64,000 nt of DNA, from positions 101,558,001 to 101,622,000 of the forward strand of contig NC_087436.1 of the NCBI RefSeq assembly GCF_036321535.1. Reading direction: 5' to 3'. Under the pieces are notes generated by a model that had not been told where the DNA came from, did not search any database, and saw only the letters and a list, made by a program, of their open reading frames with translations. Below are positions 12,901 through 24,475 of this stretch, in pieces. The position numbers were made by a program, and so were the translations under genes. The DNA is from Camelus dromedarius (lineage: Eukaryota). Position 1 is the first letter of the stretch. Each line of letters starts with the position of its first letter.

Positions 12901-14271
12901 GGTGGCTTTATAATGACATCTGAATTGAATTCGCAAATCTCAGTATGATGATTAAGACCCACCCCTCTTATTTAAATGTGTTTTGTTTTTAATTTCAGTC
13001 TCAATCTCTAAAGTTTTATTTCCTTCTCTCCCCCAACTAACGCCGAAAGTGGAAGTCCTTGCTGTTTGGAATGGAGGAAAGAAGGGATCCTTGGGCTGTA
13101 AAACAGACTTTACTCCCTCTTCTAATCTCTGGCTCCTCCATTGATTGTGACGTGGTGAAGGAATGATGTAAAATGCAAACGTTTCTTTACTAAACAAGTT
13201 CAAGTGACAGCTCTCCCCTGTTTGATCATCCCTGGTACTCAGTTTCCTTCCTGGCAGAAATGCCCAAATGCCAGCTCTTTGATGGTACGTGCATGGGTGG
13301 TTCAGAGAGGCTCTGTAGGCCCCCTCCCATTGTAAGTTTCCCTGCATTTTGGAACTCAGCACTACTACACTGAATTCCCTCGCCTGCCCACAATTTCCCA
13401 GCCAGTGTTGGTGGCCAATCATCTTCCTCATGGCGGCTCAGCTCTGCCACCCTGTCAGCCCCAGCATGTCTCCCCACTTGTCTCGGGTTCCATAGATTTT
13501 ACAGGGACACATCAGAAGGGCTGTTGGCTAAATAGATAAACAACATAGGAGCCAAATACCAGTCTTTGGTCTTTAATTCTTACAAGTACAACTAATCTTT
13601 ACAAGTGATTCTCTTAAAGGTTTTACTCTGTTGGCTTTAAGGGAGTAAAGCAGTCCCCAGCTTACCTCTTTCTTTCCAGGGATACTGTACCCACTAAACA
13701 GCTTCCACGTGACTCTTCCCATTCTCTTTTTAAGTAGAATGAAAGCACTCCGATTAGCTGTGTTGATTCTGAATGGTTTATATGAGCATGATCTCTGAGA
13801 TAGCGAGAACACACTATTCTTAGAACTCAGAATTGATTCTGCAAATATTGATTGCACACCAACAACAGGGAAGGAACTGTTCTAGGTGTTAGTAAAATGG
13901 CACAAAATGTTTTTTTCCCTGTGGAGTGAAAATTCCTGTGGGAAAAAAACACTAAAACTGATTAAGGTTTTGGAAATGGAGCATTTGGAAAGCTTTAATG
14001 ATGGTGGTGCCTTTTAAAATAAATTAATTAGTGAAAGCAATGCTAGAAAGGGATTATTTGAGTAGAGGTACATTAAACAGGTAAAAGATCAAGCCTTAAA
14101 ATGTTGAGGTGAAGTGGGGAGGGAGGGTACCAGACAGCTGGATATGCCCCCAGAATGGGGGCTTGCACCATAAAACTTTTTGTGCTTTGTTCTTCCAATT
14201 ATTTTGATCTTTCTTTGCTTAAGTCTTGGGAAAGGGAAAGTAACAAAGCTAATCTTTAACCGAGATTTTCC

Positions 14272-14400
14272 ATTAACTAGTTTTGTGATGTTAGGCAGCC
14301 TCTCTGAGGCTCGTTCAGATTCACCATCTGTAAAATGGCAGTAATAACACCGATGATATTGGTGAATGTATGGGTAAATGAGAAAATTCAAAAAATTTAG
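14272..14400 (+). mobile_element. MIR (a second, antisense MIR piece at ~14440-14520)
   Basis: TGTGATGTTAGGCAGCCTCTCTGAGGCT...CATCTGTAAAATGGCAGTAATAAC. Confidence 0.65.
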
Positions 14401-15317
14401 CAATCATATATTAACAACTCAGCAGAGAAAGCAGATAACACTATTCTTGGTTAGCAGAAACAAATCTAGAATTCAAAATCAGATCTGTCTAATTCTAAAG
14501 CCTAGACACTAAACCATTGCACACAATGGGACCTACATTATTTTCCAGGCAGCTCACAGTGATTTCCTCGTGTCATACACATATGTCTATTTTTGTACTG
14601 CTTCTATTCTTTATTTTCCTGTGTCTTTTGCAGGAAAGCAAGGGATAACAGCTGCAAATAGGTGTTCCATTAAGAGACCAAAACTGTTTACTGCAGTGTC
14701 TTGAAAGGACTCTCTCTTTTTGTTTTTAATATCTTGTGAAGAAAACATTCAATAATCCATTCCCTCAGGCGGTTTCAACTTATTCAATTCCTAAAGGACA
14801 TCTTAAAGTGAAAACTCCACTAGGGTGTGTTTCCCTTGAAAGAAAGTGGTAAGGAGCAAGTTGTAGATTTCACCATCTGTACTTGCTAAGACACCTGCAG
14901 AAAAATAATTCTCACCATCCTTGGCTTTAGGCTAGAGCTTTATATAAATATAACATGTGACAATGGTTTATTTTGGCAACTGTTTACAATTGGGAGTTAA
15001 GTTCTGAACACACAGTCAGTATTTACAGGTTGTGGCAAAGGAGACGATAACCTAAGTCACTGGTCCATCTGGTATCAGTCATGCCCCAAAACCCATTACC
15101 CTGGATTGAATAAAAATGCGATATCTGTACTCCTTACCATTTTTTTTTAAAACAACAACACAAAATTTCAGATGAATGGCTTGATAGTTATTTTAATAAA
15201 ATAGTTATATAAGAACCAACATCTTAGAAAACCATTTTTGTTCTTCAAATGCCTTTCAGAGTTTATAAACTCCTGGCACAGAAATAATAGAAACTTAGAA
15301 CTTTTGCAGTCTAAAGA

Positions 15318-15668
15318 TGTGAATTTCAAATATTTTTAAAAGTGGAACTACTTTTCACATTAAACTTAAGTAGTCCTCTAATATCAAAAAACAGATAAGT
15401 GGGTGCTTCATTAGAATCAGTTTACTTTATAAGTTCAAGTTTAAACTATATGCATATGAAATCAATTCATGAAAACAGTGAGCTCGTTTTGGTGAATACA
15501 TGTTAACCGTGGTTGTTATGGCAGACAATTGTAGCTTTCTATCAGTTTCAGCATCCAGTTTATTTCTTATTTTTCCTGTTACACAATATTGAAAAATAGG
15601 AATCCACATAGATAAATGAAAGCAAATGGAAATCATTCTCATAGGACCTTTGGCACCCTCGAGGCACT
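15318..15668 (-). mobile_element. hAT-Charlie family DNA transposon remnant retaining transposase C-terminal dimerisation-domain sequence
   Basis: Minus-strand translation ...YLCG (frameshift)...GKIRNKLDAETDRKLQLSAI...AHCFH resembles the Charlie/Buster C-terminus YLCExGFS...K.RNRLD.E.D.RLQLS.I...H.SH. A GTCTAAAG target-like site lies at the left edge. Confidence 0.7.
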
Positions 15669-16447
15669 GTAGACTTAAACAAATAGAGAAGTTTGAAATG
15701 GAAGTAAGAGATTTTTATATTCGATTTCAAGATTCAATAACTTCTCTCATGCCTGGTCAATCATAACAGAAAATTCTCAAAGCTGACAAATAAGCACACC
15801 AATTATATTTTAATATTATCAATAGAAAAAGAGTAAAGAAAATTCTTAATTTCAGCTAACAATTAGGTGGCAAAGAGCATAGATCCCTGAGAATTAACTG
15901 CCATTGAGTTTAGCCGGCTCTCATGTGCTTCGTACTGAGCTGATCAGTGCAAGTTTATATAATTGGGCCTACATGCACCTGTCTTTATAAAAAAGCCAAA
16001 TATAGAATGTTACCCTTTCTTTTCAGTTACATGTTTATAAGAAGTTGTATCACATGCACAGAGATATCAGGAGAAGAAGCCTAATTTCTGTAGTCAGCAC
16101 AAAAATGATGGCATAAGTGAGCGTTTACAAAATGTCAGTATTTGGCACATATCAGAGTTGAGCAGAAACTCTTCTAAACTTTTTGCTTTTACACTTTTAG
16201 TATTACTTAAAGAATATTAAAAATTTGAATCATATTTGTGGGAAACTTAAACATATGAAGAACACAGGTTGATGTTCAGTACTATTCTCTAGTTCAGTGT
16301 TATTCTCTTCCAGGTGAAGCAACAAAAAGAGAGACAGAAGAGAGAGAGAGACAAAGAGATCGTATTTGAACATATGTTAACGAGAATCGAGATTCCTTTA
16401 CATCTTTTTCAGCTTTACAGACAAAATTATCCCACATTGCTTTAGTC

Positions 16448-16661
16448 CAGTGGTTCTCATCTGACATCGTTTTGATCCCAGTGGGACATTTGGCAGTGTC
16501 TAGAGACATTTATCATTGGCACAACTGTAAGGGAACAGTACTACTGGTCCTAGTAAATGAATTTCTGGGATGTTACTAAATATTACAATGCACAGAACAG
16601 CCCCCACAAAAAAGAATTTTGCTGCACAAAATGTCAACAGTCCCAAGGTTGAGAAACACAG
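16448..16661 (+). mobile_element. MER20 hAT-Charlie MITE
   Basis: CAGTGGTTCTCA...GGGACATTTGGCAGTGTCTAGAGACATTT...ACAATGCACAGAACAGCCCCCAC...AAAATGTCAACAGT...GGTTGAGAAACACAG. Flanks CTTTAGTC / CATTAGGC (6/8) fit a decayed 8-bp TSD. Confidence 0.92.
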
Positions 16662-18737
16662 CATTAGGCCACTAATACTAAATTCAAAACTTATATATTG
16701 TTATGTTTCTCTACTCAAAACTCTTTGGAAACAATCTTTTTTCCATACCTTCTCATATTATGTAAATAGGATCTCAAAATAATCCTGAAAACTACATAAC
16801 ATTTGATACCTAAGTGTACTAAAATGACAGAAATTACACATTCCACAGATGTTGCAAAGTTTCTAAGAGTGCTTAGAATACTTTCCCTATAACCACGGAA
16901 TCTAATGAGAATGCTTTGGTTCGACAGACAGAACAATAACACATAATCACTCTGTCTTTACGTAATATTTTGCATGACTACTGCAGTGCTGTTTTCAGCC
17001 ACTCTACTCTGAAGCAAGGTTGTGAACCTCCATACACGCCAGTATTTTGTTTATACAAAGGTTTTGACATAGATGGATTGTATCAGTAACACAATTTACT
17101 CTGATTGTTCCCGACTTCAAAAATTTGAAAATAGCCTTCTTTGACTTGGGATTTTTAGGTCATTTCTTATAGGATGCATTCCTGTCCTGCATTATATCTC
17201 TGAAAATAACATATACTTTATAATTAACAGGGCGTTTGATATTTTTTAAAAGAAAAAAAACACCACTGCAAACAGAAAGCGTGATTTTGCATGATGAAGG
17301 TTTGTATCATGCATAATTACAAAGCTTCGTAAGTGCATATGCCATGTTACCCTTAGTAGTAATTCACATGAGAGGCTTTTCAGCCATCATTGAGCAATGG
17401 AACACGGGAAGTTGAAATTTGAAAGTTAATGGCTTGCCCTTCTCTGACAGCACACCAGATTTTCACACTATAACTAACACTTTGCCTTATTCAACAACTG
17501 AACTGTTGACAAGGTCACTTAAGCTAGTCAGAACAGTAAAAAAAAATACCAAGTACATCAAAAGCAAATGAATACAAAAGGAAAATAATAAAAATCTAAG
17601 GAGACAATGAAGTAAAGAATTCTAGCATTTCCATAATGCTGTGTCAAATATCCCAGTTGAGTTTTCCTATATCCTTTATGTTCTATGCTAAATCCAGTGT
17701 AGGTTTTCCTGTTTGAGTATATATTTTAAGCTACTGAAGTACAAAAGTTGATAGTTGAGACCAAATGTTATTTTAAAGGAAGTTCTAAAGTCTTAACGTT
17801 TATCATTTTAATCTTTCAATATCTTTGTATTTATTGTTTGACATCATTAGAAATATTATCAATGAAGATATTGATTTTTATGACAGTAACAAGGAAATGT
17901 TTTTCATAAACATTAAAGACACTTCTAGCAATTTTTCCAGAGCCATTATCAGAAATGGGGCAGCATTCTAGGTGGATTAGTATGCATTAGCTAATAAGTT
18001 CTGTTTTAAAACCCAGCCATCATTTCACTCATCTCAATTCAGAATCTGTGTTCCAAGCCAAAGCCCATTTGGTGTTACTTGCCCTCAACCTGTCTAGAAC
18101 ATTAAAAAATAAATCCATATCGCATGGATATGTGCTTTGGTTTATGATTTTGGGTCTCCTGTCTTGACTATGCATAATTACTCTTACCAAAAGCATCATT
18201 GTTAAGAATCTTAGATACAGATGGAGATTTGAAAAGCTAAATATTTCAGCACAAACAGTAGATTTTAATGTAGTAAGTTAATTCAAGAGGAGTAAAGGAT
18301 CTTTGAAATTCATTATATTGAAAAGTTAAGGAATATCCAAATAGGGTCATACTTTATTTAGAACTTAATATATTTAGTTCTCTTTTTGTAAATCAATCTG
18401 TAAAAAAAAAATACTTAGCAAATGTAAACCAACTATATGCTTTGTATGCTTCAAAGCCTAGTGAATTATATGTTACTTGCAATTATTAAAATGTATATTC
18501 AAAAACCACCATAAGGTTGACAGTATATAAGGAACAGGAAGATTTTATGAGAATAAATTCCTTTCAGTGCATATCTAGAGTTTCTAGTCATTGGGGCCCT
18601 CTTATTCTATCTGCATGACCCTGATTTTTCTTGCCCAGAGCACGTGTTCTGTATACTTTAGAAAGGACTACATTTGCAAATCTATCTTATTTTAACAATT
18701 AACATTTTTTCATTAATTTTTCCTTTTATTTTGAGAC

Positions 18738-18935
18738 AACATAGTACAATGATTAAAAGGATGAGCATATCCAGATTTTAGTCTTGTTTCCACTGCATCA
18801 CTTCATTGGGAGTTCCTCATCAGTAATATATCACAATTAATAGTATCTGACACTTGGATTTGATGACAAACAAGATAATGCTGTAAAGCAGTTAGCATGT
18901 TGCTTCCACATAAAAGGCTAAATAATAGTTATTGC
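18738..18935 (+). mobile_element. MIR (decayed)
   Basis: CATAGTACAATGATTAAAAG...AGTTCCTCATC...TAATAGTATCT...GATAATGCTGTAAAGCAGTTAGCA. Confidence 0.55.
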
Positions 18936-20005
18936 TATGTTGGTTTGAAACTGTTAGTAAATTTATAATTAGTAAATGAATGGTTTTAAAAGTTAGTCAA
19001 TTCAATACATTATGAATTAAATGAATACTTAATAAATTAGTGGCAGTAAATACGAATTATAATGAATCTGGAAAAACGGCAAATCCATTATTTTGTAAGT
19101 CAGGCAGTGTGAAGAACAGCGTCTTCCCCTACCACAAAAAAAAAAAAAATCCATAATAATACCACCAAAAACAACATTAAAATTTTAGAGCATCCTGAGA
19201 AGGAAATTAATTACCCCCTGAACATATATAAATATATTCTATACCGTTTAAAAAGAAATTGAGTATTATACAACTATTCTGAGGGCTCAAGGGAAAGAAA
19301 TAGAATTATATATAATTGATAACAAGAGCTACAAATTAGGAAGAAATTGTTCCCTACCATACCAGTCAATATAGCACAAAGGAAAATAGAAATGTTAGAA
19401 AGAATCTCTGGAACTAACAATTATAGAAATCAGCCCTTAACTGCACTTATCAAACAGTATTACTATGTCTTTAGTGAGAAGGGATTGGAGACTGATACCA
19501 CATGGTGGTACAGTCTTTATTTTCCATCATGTAAAATATACATCCTATGCTGTCCATCACTCTCTACATTTTGGATATAGTTATCTCAAGGATTCTTTTC
19601 ATTCTCTTCCAATCAATACATAATCATTGGGGTCTTACTCTCTACCATCCACTATGTTAGAAGGCACTAAATATATTGGTAAGCAAAATAGGTAAGCACT
19701 GCAATATAAATGGGAAGACATATGGTGTCCTAGTGGTTATAAGTGTGTTCAGTATTAAGAACTTGACAAATAATGATGCTTTAGAGCTAAAAGATTGGAG
19801 GAGCAAAGAAACTGAAGAACATGCTATGTATAAAAAGTTGCCTGTGGGAAAGCCTGGGGTCAAGAGTGAATGTGGCCCCATGAAAGACCTGAAATAATTG
19901 TAGTATGCCTGGATACAGATATGTAGTGAAGTTGTAGTGAGGTAAGAGAAGGCAGGTACCAGACCATGGAAATAGATTCATTGTGAACCAAAAACTGTTA
20001 AAAAT

Positions 20006-20354
20006 TGTCTTTGTTTGGACTGCTATAGTGAAGTATCACAGCCTGGGTGGCTTATAAACAGTAGGAATGTCTATTTCTCACAATTCTGGAGGCTGGAAGT
20101 TCAAGATCAGGGTCAAGTGAGGGCCCTCTTCCAGGTTGTAGACTTCTCCCTCTCCTTGGGTCTTCACATGCGGAAGGAGCTAGAGAGCTCTGCAGGGTCT
20201 CTTTTATAATGACATTAATTTCATTCGTAAGGGCTTTACCCTCATGCCCTATGTATCTACCAAAGACCCAACCTCCTGATACCATCACCTTGGCAGTAGA
20301 AATTCAAGGCATGAATTTTGGGGGGAGGGGGGACACAAACTTTGGATTATAAGG
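20006..20354 (-). mobile_element. MLT1A0-like MaLR solo LTR
   Basis: CTGGGTGGCTTATAAACAG...TTTCTCACAATTCTGGAGGCTGGAAGTTCAAGATCAGGG...ACCTCCTGATACCATCACCTTGG...ATGAATTTTGGGGG...GACACAAAC. Confidence 0.9.
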
Positions 20355-20439
20355 ATTTTAAAATTTTATATCATTCAGTCAAATATACCAAGCCAATTTG
20401 TATGAAACCAGCCTGCCTGTTGTCAATCTCTCATTAAAC

Positions 20440-21205
20440 GAAGATTCATTGAACACAGTATTTCCCAATTACTGAATTATATGCCATGGGTATAAAAGGT
20501 TAACAAGAGACATGGGCTACACTTAGGCCTATGTATCTGGCCTAACATACTTTACCACCTAGTGATCAGAAAAACAATTAAACTAGTAATTGCAATAAAA
20601 TGGAATATAAATGGGAACACAAAGCAGAAACACACACTGCTGTCTATCAGGCATCACAGTTACCTAAGAGGATGAGCTATTTAACCTGAGATGTGAAGAA
20701 TGCCCTAGGAGAAGGTATTTAATGAGAGCGAATAGTATGACTGTTGAAGAGAATGAGCTTGACATCATTCAAGTACTGAAAACAGCTGAGTGTCTCACTT
20801 AAAGGGAAGCTGGAAGAGAAATGAGACTGGAGTGTTAGTTGAGAGTCTAAAGGATTTGTATTTCAATTTATGTAGTTGAAATCTAATCCTAGAGGCAACA
20901 GGAAAACCTGAGAGGTTTTCAGAAGACTGGAGACACTCTAAAATTTTATTTAAGAAAGGATTGCCTAATTGCTGTGTGTAACTAGAAGTTATGGACTTGT
21001 AAGTGGAGCACAGGGGAGAAAGCTCTGGGGAGACCTGGACAAGTCTTCTGCAGTAAGGCTGCCCAAGAAAGCTTCAAGTCTGATGTGTGGCGATGGCTGA
21101 ATAGAGTTGTGGGAAAGCTAGAGGATAAATAAGATCTACAATAGGATTAGAGACTGGTCAGAGACTGTGTGAGGAGAAGGGGAAAAATCTAATATCCAGA
21201 GTTTG
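20440..21205 (-). mobile_element. L2 fragments
   Basis: ATTCATTGAACA...; TAATCCTAGAGGCAACAGGAA; TTTATTTAAGAAAGGATT; CAATAGGATT...GACTGG. These are antisense L2 motifs. Confidence 0.55.
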
Positions 21206-21622
21206 TAAAATAAATTAGGCTTTTCTACTTCTTGGTTTCTATTTAAATAAAACATTTATATCTAAATAAAACATTTCCACATATTAAGTGTATTCAGCAA
21301 TTTATGCCTGTAATTTGAAGTTCTAGGACAGAAAATTTATGTATATACAACATTTAAAACCTGATACATTATAATGTACTTACAATAAGGCATTCTTAAG
21401 ACCCTATTCACAAAAGAGAAAAAAATAAAGAAAAATAGTCATCATAAAGGAGAAAAATATACTGAGGATGTGATATTTTACTGAATTACTAAAGGGTCAA
21501 AATGACTAAAGGGTCAAATCTAATTATAATGGAAGGTTTTTATTACATTAAATACCAAGCATGTGGTCTCAGAAATTTCAGGATCTTATATACTACTTTC
21601 AAAAGCAAGTCACAGTTACTTA

Positions 21623-22312
21623 CTTTTTTATTGTGGTAAATACACATAACAGTATTTCCCATTTTAACTACTTTTAAGCATACAGTTCAGTGGCATTATT
21701 TACATTTAAAATGTTATGCAACTATCTCCACTATCTATTTCCAGAACTTCATAACCCCAAACAAAAACTCTGTGCTCATTAATCAATAACTCCCACATAC
21801 CCTATCTCCCTAAAAACTTCTAATCTACTTTCCATTTCTATGAATTTACCTATTCTAGATCTTTTATGTAAGTGGAATCATATAATATTAGTCCTATTTT
21901 GTGTGGCTCATTTCTTTAGGCATAATGTTTTCGAAGTCCATGTTGCAACATGTTTCAGAATTACAGTCTTTTATATGGCTAAATAATATTCCATTGTATG
22001 TATATACCAGATTTTGTTTACCTAGTCATCTGTCAATGGCCACTTGAGTTTTTTCCACCTTTGAATATTGTGAATAAAGGAGCAATGAACATTGGTGTAT
22101 AAGTATCTGAGTATATATTTTGTATTATTTTGGGTATATACTTAGGAGTGGAATTATCAGATCATATGATAATGCTAGAGTTAATATTCTGAAGACCTGC
22201 CAATCTGCTTTCCATAGGGGAGGCACCATTTAACATTTCCACCAGCAACGTATGAGGGTTCCAGTTTCTCTACATTCTTGCCAACATTTGTTATTTTCCA
22301 TATTTTGTATTA
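21623..22312 (-). mobile_element. L1MB-type 3' end (eutherian-age L1)
   Basis: TTTTTATTGTGGTAAATACACATAAC...TACAGTTCAGTGGCATT...AATTTACCTATTCTAGA...AAGTGGAATCATATAATAT...TCCCACCAGCAA-like...TTGCCAACATTTGTTATTTTC. Confidence 0.88.
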
Positions 22313-22319
22313 TAGTGCA

Positions 22320-22412
22320 CTACGTATATTACTATATGTGTATACATATATACTATGTATGTACACCAGTGTACATATATGTACATACATATATGAAAGA
22401 GAGAGAGTGAGA
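22320..22412. repeat. TA/CA-rich low-complexity tract plus (GA)n
   Basis: Directly visible. Confidence 0.8.
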
Positions 22413-22674
22413 TTTAAATGGATGTTTTCACACTGACATTAAAAGAAACCCTGTAATTAATGGCTGCCTTTATCCTCTAAGACAGGTTTCTTCACTTGTT
22501 TCTTAAATGTATTGACATAAAGTTTTCAAGTTTGTAAATTAATGACTGAGGAACTTATATGATCTCTCTGGCCTCACTCTGTATTTTTAAGAAGATATAT
22601 TTTGCCACAAGCAGAAAAAAACTGACAAAGAAAAACTGGGGGGATGTTTGTGATGACCACACTTAGGAAGTTCT

Positions 22675-22795
22675 AGAGAGTCTGATACCATTTCTGCCAC
22701 TAGCAACAATCAGTAGTGTGGTCTTGGGCAAATGACTCAGCTTCTCCATGTCTCAGTTTTCTCCATGTAGAAATGTGAGTGCTGGATTAGATAAC
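22675..22795 (+). mobile_element. MIR fragment
   Basis: TGTGGTCTTGGGCAAATGACTCAGCTTCTCCATGTCTCAGTTTTCTCCATGTAGAAATG. Confidence 0.7.
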
Positions 22796-23117
22796 TTTAA
22801 TTTTTAATTAAAAACAAAAACTACTAGGACATACATTACATATGGATCATAAGTCAAACATTGTAAGATCATTGAATGTGTAGTATTTAGTGGATAGGAT
22901 AGGTTTAGTTTCCTCGTTGCTTGAATTGGTCATGGTCTTGAGCACTGTCCACGTCTCACAACCCACCTCCTCCTTAACTGCCATCTAACACCCACTTCAA
23001 ATGCCTGAAGTAATTAGAAATTAACATATTCTTGAGTTCTATAGACAAAGAAATATGGCTGCCCCTGTCCATAAAAATGTTTACAAAAATCTTTGGGGGA
23101 TTTAAAAGAAAACATAA

Positions 23118-23493
23118 TGTAGTAGTGGATGCTGCTGGGTGCTGCCCAGATTTCCTTTTTAAGACCCATGCTCTCGTTTTTCCAGCTGCCAGGAGTGTTG
23201 GTAGTTGACAACTCCAGTTCATCTATTTGCTGGCCCTGGGGTTAGCTCACGTTCAGTGACTGGGTCCATACTGGCTAAAAAGGCACTGTCAAAGCATCAA
23301 TTCAGAACAAATCTGATGGAATTGGCTGAGATCTCCCTTGTAACTTCAGTGAGGTTCAAATCCAACCCCCACTTCCCCAGCTCAGTTCTGCTTCCCTTGC
23401 TCTCCTTTAGGTTTCTTTCCACAAAGCACTCTACAATAATTCTCCTGCACACATCTTCCCAGGATTAACAGTCAGAGATATCAGCCTAAGATA
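23118..23493 (+). mobile_element. LTR16C-like ERVL solo LTR
   Basis: TAGTGGATGCTGCTGGGTGCTGCCCAGAT...CCAGCTGCCAGGAGTGTTGG...TTGGCTGAG...CTCAGTTCTGCTTCCCT...CTCCTGCACAC...CCTAAGATA. Confidence 0.7.
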
Positions 23494-24234
23494 AATAGTA
23501 TATTATTTAAGACAATGCCAATAACTGCTAAAATTTAGTCATGAAGCTTGAAAATATATGAGGTCTTTGGTCTAACCAATAAAGTCATACATAATTTTTT
23601 CACTTTTACTTCTTATATCACAATAACTTGTGTTTCCCATCTAACCATACTGAGAACTCAGTCCTTAATGATGGGGAGCATGAGTGCCAGTGTCCTACAG
23701 CTCATCTTGATTGTAAATATGGACATCAATTGAAATGGTATTGGTTAAAAGTGAAGAATGATCAGTAAGACCTCCATTTGGTAGAATAATAAACAGAGTA
23801 ACAGTTTAGTCTCAGTGTTCAACAATTTTGAAGAACATATTCTGAAAAATTAGGTATTTCTAATTTCACAGTTTGTAGAACTAGGATTAATGTAACCTTT
23901 GCTTCCTGCCTCAAAGGACCTGTCATCACCCTACCTCCCCCAAACAAACCTGAAAATGGAATTCAGTAGGCATCTCAAATCTCCAAAAATAGTGTTATTT
24001 ACTGGAGACACATATTATGCACCTTTGGTTAAAAAAAAAAGCCACATAAGAAGTTTGAAATTAATAATTCTATAAGTTACCAAAATAATTCTTTAAAAAA
24101 AAAAGGCATGAGAAAAAAAGCAACATGTAATAAAGCTGCCTTCAATAAAGTCTTTGTCCTCTAACTTTTGGGAGCCAACAGCAGCCTCTATGTACTCTGT
24201 GTTATCTGCATGTGAGGCTATTTTTCATTTGCTG

Positions 24235-24475
24235 GAGGATGCAGTGGTTAAAAGCACAGGTGCATTGATAGGATGTGTCTGTTCACGTTCTGCACACCCA
24301 CCCAAAACCTTCCCCATTTAATGAGTAAGTGAGTCTGGGCAAGTAATGAATCATACAGTGCCTGGATTTATAGCTACAAAGTCGGAGCAAGAATACTGCT
24401 CTTCTCAGAAGTTTGTTGTAGGAATACAGGATAACACATATTCCTGGGATACAGTAACTGCCAAGTAATTATATT
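24235..24475 (+). mobile_element. MIR
   Basis: GCAGTGGTTAAAAGCACAGG...GTGAGTCTGGGCAAGT...GTTGTAGGAAT...GATAAC. Confidence 0.55.

Noticed and set aside
12952..13431. 159-aa minus-strand ORF
   Set aside because: No recognisable domain; expected by chance in a locally GC-richer stretch.
16027..16116. 90-nt plus-strand exon
   Set aside because: Good acceptor but weak donor (TAA|GTGAGC) and an unrecognisable peptide ending in a stop.
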